The notes under the pieces are model-generated. The model searched no databases, was not told the DNA's origin, and saw only the letters and a list, made by a program, of their open reading frames with translations. From a virus: DNA of 64,000 nucleotides. This document shows positions 60,294 through 64,000 of the stretch, in pieces. A program made the translations under genes and the position numbers. How positions within the stretch are numbered: the stretch's first letter is position 1; each line of letters opens with the position of its first letter. The stretch spans positions 2,454 to 66,453 of IMG/VR virus record IMGVR_UViG_3300031688_000009; one strand, 5' to 3'.

Positions 60294-60331
60294 AATGACA
60301 TAAACACTATTTATTAATATAATTAAAACAA

Positions 60332-61240
60332 ATGGCTACAGGTAACTACGGAATAAAAAGACCAGCGGATGTTTCACCTTCGGATGTTGAAGTGTTTTTA
60401 CACTACACTGAAAATAGGGATGCGACTAACGTGCCCGTTTTTAAGAAATTAAACTCAGGGGACATACTTTCACCTGTATTTCATAATTCGGAGACTGGGG
60501 GGACCTCAGGTACTGAATTATTAGGTGGTATGTATAATTTAACACTACAAAGTGATGAGTTTACGGACTTAGGGGTATATAACCTTTATTTAAGACCTAA
60601 ACAGGTCAGAACCACAATTGTTGATTGTGGAGTATTACTAACATTACCTAATGTGAAAGGATTAATATTTGATATTTCAAATGTTGATGCTGAGGACAGG
60701 AGTAAGTTCGTAAATAATGGGTTAGTTGGTCACAGAATTGAGTATTTAGACTCTAATGGGGCGAAAGTTAGTAACTTTTTCAGGATAATCACTAGTAGTT
60801 TTTACTGTGAACCTATAGTTGCTAATCTAACAAATACAAATCAAAAATCATTAAGATATAGATATACGTCAAACCCGACTAGTTTATTGTTCTGTACTGT
60901 CACGCCGAGTTCGGCTCCGACTAATAATATAACTGCAATACCATTTATAGGGGAACCTAATCAGAATGTTGTTATCAGTAATACGTACTTCAATCCGCTA
61001 CATATGGAGGTTGAAATGGTAGAGCACGATAATCAAACATTGGCATACGCTCTTTATGGGAACCAAACTAAGTCTATGGAGGACGGTATATATACTATTT
61101 ACGATAAAGATAAGAACATATTTAAGCAATATAACTTATTCGAAATACGTGACGAAATTAATAATAAACTATACGAGGTACGTGAGGATAGAATTGATAA
61201 TATCGATACTACCAAAGGGTTCGATGATATCACAGAATAA
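60332..61240 (+). CDS. Hypothetical structural protein
   Basis: MATGNYGIKRPADVSP, GMYNLTL, NTYFNP; TATTTAT at 60308-60314. Confidence 0.65.
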   Translation: MATGNYGIKRPADVSPSDVEVFLHYTENRDATNVPVFKKLNSGDILSPVFHNSETGGTSGTELLGGMYNLTLQSDEFTDLGVYNLYLRPKQVRTTIVDCGVLLTLPNVKGLIFDISNVDAEDRSKFVNNGLVGHRIEYLDSNGAKVSNFFRIITSSFYCEPIVANLTNTNQKSLRYRYTSNPTSLLFCTVTPSSAPTNNITAIPFIGEPNQNVVISNTYFNPLHMEVEMVEHDNQTLAYALYGNQTKSMEDGIYTIYDKDKNIFKQYNLFEIRDEINNKLYEVREDRIDNIDTTKGFDDITE

Positions 61241-64000
61241 TGGCAAAAAAGTATAGATTCCCAGGTAATGGAGAAGGGACGTTTTCCGATGGATTGGTAG
61301 GTAATCAAAGTACCTCCAATAATGAATTCACGCAAAACAATTTCTCAACAGAAGGGACCCCTATACAAAGAGATACTAAAACTTTCACTACCGAAGAATT
61401 TTCAAAACCTATAAGTTTAGAGGATTTAACTTCAGAGGTAAGTTTAGAGAAAATAAAAAAATCATTCGACCAATCATTAAAAATTAAATTCAATACCGAA
61501 AAGGGTGCTAAGGATTTATTTGGTTCTTCATTTTTAAGAGCTAAGGTTGCGGTTGATAATATAGGTAAGTCTTTCCCAGCGTCGTTAAGGGTTTTTAAGA
61601 CGACATTAAGTGCTCAAACGGTAAATACTGCGTATGACATAACTTACGATGGTAAGTATGATGAGACTACGTTCTACGTTACGAATAGTGCAATTAGAAA
61701 TCCGCTCGGAATTGAATATTCAAAGACGGGGGGTAAAATATTCGACGAGTCTTATGATTCGGACAGAAATTACTCAGAGAATTATAGAAAATATGTTTTG
61801 GTTTATGGGGGTAAGGAGTACCCAATCCTAAAATCAGCATTACCTAAAATGATTTATAGTGGTCCGTTAAGGGTTACGGTTAAAGGGAAACCATTTGATG
61901 TTACACAAACAACAGACGAATTCTATATTTCATTAAATAATTTACTATCGGAACAAAAGTTCCAAGAAATGGATGATTTTGAACAATTCCTTTTAAATAG
62001 GGATTCGGTTCCATTATATAAGTCATCGTTTAAGACGCCAAAGGAGACCTCTGAAGGGAAATTATATTTCGGAGATGAGGATGTTATATGGCCGGTTTCG
62101 GATAACTTAAATATAGATGTTACGTCAACATTGTTTGAAACGTACTTAGATAAATTATTCTCACTATGTGAGGTAATTGATAACTACAAATCTAATTTAA
62201 TTGCTAGGTTTTTGACGACTGCGTCATTAACAGAGTTCGATACTGAGGACCAAAGAACTAAGAAAGTATTCCAATTATATGGTAGGTTTTTCGATGATGT
62301 TAAAAAATTCATCGATAATATTGCTTATATGAATAATGTTACTTATGATAAGATTAATAACGTACCGGATTTATTATTAAAGAATTTGGCTGGGTTGTTA
62401 GGTATGGATGTAATTACGTCTATTACTGAGAAAAACATAGAGGAACATTTATATAAAAAGAAGGATAGTCAGTACGATGGAATTTCTAAAGGGTTAACCC
62501 CCTTTGAGACTGATATTGAGGTATATAGACGGATAGTTTTAAACGCATCATATCTATATAAATCAAAAGGGACACGTAAACCATTAAGGTTTTTATTAAA
62601 CTTTATTGGTGCTCCTGAATCGTTTATTGAGATTAATGAGTACATCTATAAGGTTACTAATAGAATCGATAATGACGTATTTGAGGAGAAGCTAAAGAAA
62701 GTTATTGACGGTGAGTGGTTTGACGAACAAGTCTATGCCCTTATGGAATATACGATGATTAACGACACCAGTGATAATATTAATGTTACGTATCGTGATG
62801 TTAATGGGGTGTTGGAGAGCATTATTATGGTACCGTTTAACGGACCTCAGGGTGTACAACCATTGGTTGTGGAATCTATAGAGATACCAACAGGAGGGGA
62901 AATAACATTCCAATTACCAAATAATGTTACGTGCTTACCACAGGAGTCGAAATTCATTAGATTTGTGGTAATCGAGACTTCGATGGACGCTGACGGATTC
63001 AATATGGATGACTACCCTGTGCAACAGGTTGGTGATACTAATATGACAACTCCAAAGAGACCGACGATTGGCAATGATTATTTTTTCCAACAAGGTGCTG
63101 GGTGGTATAAAAGGACTGACGAACATACATCACTATCGGTGTTGGATGAGGGTAGGTCAGACTTAATATCGACACCTAAAATAATAAAGACAAAATTTGA
63201 AGATTTCACTTATGGTGAGAAGTACTTCAATAGATATAGACAATTTCCTAATTTTACGGATGGGTGGGAATTAAAAACGGAGATTGATAATAAAAAATCC
63301 ACTCCTGGCACGGATGCGTTTATTTTGAATAGAAAGAACGTTGACGTATTTTTAAACCCAGGTCAGGCGGTATTATATGACTTCGTAAGGACATATAATC
63401 AACATAACCTAACATATAATGGGGTATTATTAAATAACTTAACATTTGCTCAGTTTGTGGAGTATGGTTATATGAATGGTATTGAAGTGGGTGAGGGTAA
63501 GTATGGTAAGAAATACTTTAATCTAATTGAAACGTTTAAATCTTACTACGAAAGTGGTTTAGGTAAGGCGTACGACTATGAAAAGACATTCTCATATCTG
63601 GAGAAAATTAACCCATATTGGATTAAATTAGTTGAGCAGTTTATACCTGCGACTACGATATGGTTGACGGGTGAGAAAATTGAAAACCACAACCTACATA
63701 GACCAAAATACAATTGGGAGGAGCCGTGTAGAAACGATGTAACTGTTTTGGATTTAAGTAAACAACCGTCTTTTCGTGATATGTTAATTGACGCGCTCAC
63801 AAAATATAAAAACATACCTGATTGTTATGAAAGACTTTATAAATATGGTAATTGGTATCTACAGATAAAAATTAACGGTAAGGAGTATACGATAAATAAT
63901 GACGGATGGGACCACTTCTTCACATCGACGGAATCCACGATTGGTGGTTCATGTAATGATGGTAAGGGAGGTATAGGTACGGTTGAAACGTGTAACGACT
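61240..64000 (+). CDS. Large baseplate wedge protein, gp7/P2 gpI-like (partial, runs off the window)
   Basis: Missing from the ORF track. ATG 61240 overlaps the previous stop (MAKKYRFPGNG) and the frame was open wherever I translated it. Contains NVPDLLLKNLAGLLG, EVYRRIVLNASYLYKSKGTRKPLRFLL and YWIKLVEQFIPATT. Confidence 0.75.
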   Translation, partial: MAKKYRFPGNGEGTFSDGLVGNQSTSNNEFTQNNFSTEGTPIQRDTKTFTTEEFSKPISLEDLTSEVSLEKIKKSFDQSLKIKFNTEKGAKDLFGSSFLRAKVAVDNIGKSFPASLRVFKTTLSAQTVNTAYDITYDGKYDETTFYVTNSAIRNPLGIEYSKTGGKIFDESYDSDRNYSENYRKYVLVYGGKEYPILKSALPKMIYSGPLRVTVKGKPFDVTQTTDEFYISLNNLLSEQKFQEMDDFEQFLLNRDSVPLYKSSFKTPKETSEGKLYFGDEDVIWPVSDNLNIDVTSTLFETYLDKLFSLCEVIDNYKSNLIARFLTTASLTEFDTEDQRTKKVFQLYGRFFDDVKKFIDNIAYMNNVTYDKINNVPDLLLKNLAGLLGMDVITSITEKNIEEHLYKKKDSQYDGISKGLTPFETDIEVYRRIVLNASYLYKSKGTRKPLRFLLNFIGAPESFIEINEYIYKVTNRIDNDVFEEKLKKVIDGEWFDEQVYALMEYTMINDTSDNINVTYRDVNGVLESIIMVPFNGPQGVQPLVVESIEIPTGGEITFQLPNNVTCLPQESKFIRFVVIETSMDADGFNMDDYPVQQVGDTNMTTPKRPTIGNDYFFQQGAGWYKRTDEHTSLSVLDEGRSDLISTPKIIKTKFEDFTYGEKYFNRYRQFPNFTDGWELKTEIDNKKSTPGTDAFILNRKNVDVFLNPGQAVLYDFVRTYNQHNLTYNGVLLNNLTFAQFVEYGYMNGIEVGEGKYGKKYFNLIETFKSYYESGLGKAYDYEKTFSYLEKINPYWIKLVEQFIPATTIWLTGEKIENHNLHRPKYNWEEPCRNDVTVLDLSKQPSFRDMLIDALTKYKNIPDCYERLYKYGNWYLQIKINGKEYTINNDGWDHFFTSTESTIGGSCNDGKGGIGTVETCND

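Noticed and set aside
597-63815. Many short ORFs antisense to or nested within long genes (e.g. 13472-13849, 23891-24436, 24672-25082, 38299-38703)
   Set aside because: Shadow frames of well-supported genes with no motifs or expression signals.
1-64000. Stop-codon reassignment as in some large Bacteroidota phages
   Set aside because: The standard code gives dense, full-length genes; TAG (24489-24491) and TGA (10439-10441) act as stops.
1-64000. Cellular contractile injection system or eukaryotic giant virus origin
   Set aside because: Neck proteins, sheath and baseplate occur together with a full phage replisome, intrinsic terminators and bacterial promoters, indicating a tailed phage.

Overview
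A 64-kb piece of a large lytic myovirus genome with distantly T4-like modules, AT-rich and read with the standard genetic code. Replication and nucleotide genes: family B DNA polymerase, SNF2 helicase, gp32-like SSB, RecA/UvsX, 5'-3' exonuclease, DnaB-like helicase, class Ia RNR, dUTPase and PhoH. It also carries three glycosyltransferases and a contractile-tail module (neck, terminator, sheath, tube, chaperone, tape measure, hub, baseplate wedges). A Bacteroidota host is inferred from TTTG-N19/20-TAnnTTTG promoters, A-rich leaders without Shine-Dalgarno sequences and a DUF4494-like gene. Most notable observations: (1) a candidate +1 programmed frameshift at UUU_CGU in the tail chaperone; (2) a sense-strand TATTTAT(A) motif, the reverse complement of the T4 late promoter, before nearly all structural operons; (3) unrelated enzymes and small proteins sharing short I/L-x-E amphipathic tags, suggesting capsid-packaged cargo; (4) a free-standing paralogue of the SNF2 N-terminal domain; (5) several non-coding operator-like arrays; (6) apparent GATC avoidance. 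No tRNA, rRNA, CRISPR array or mobile element was recognised. All family calls come from motifs read by eye; no database searches were run.
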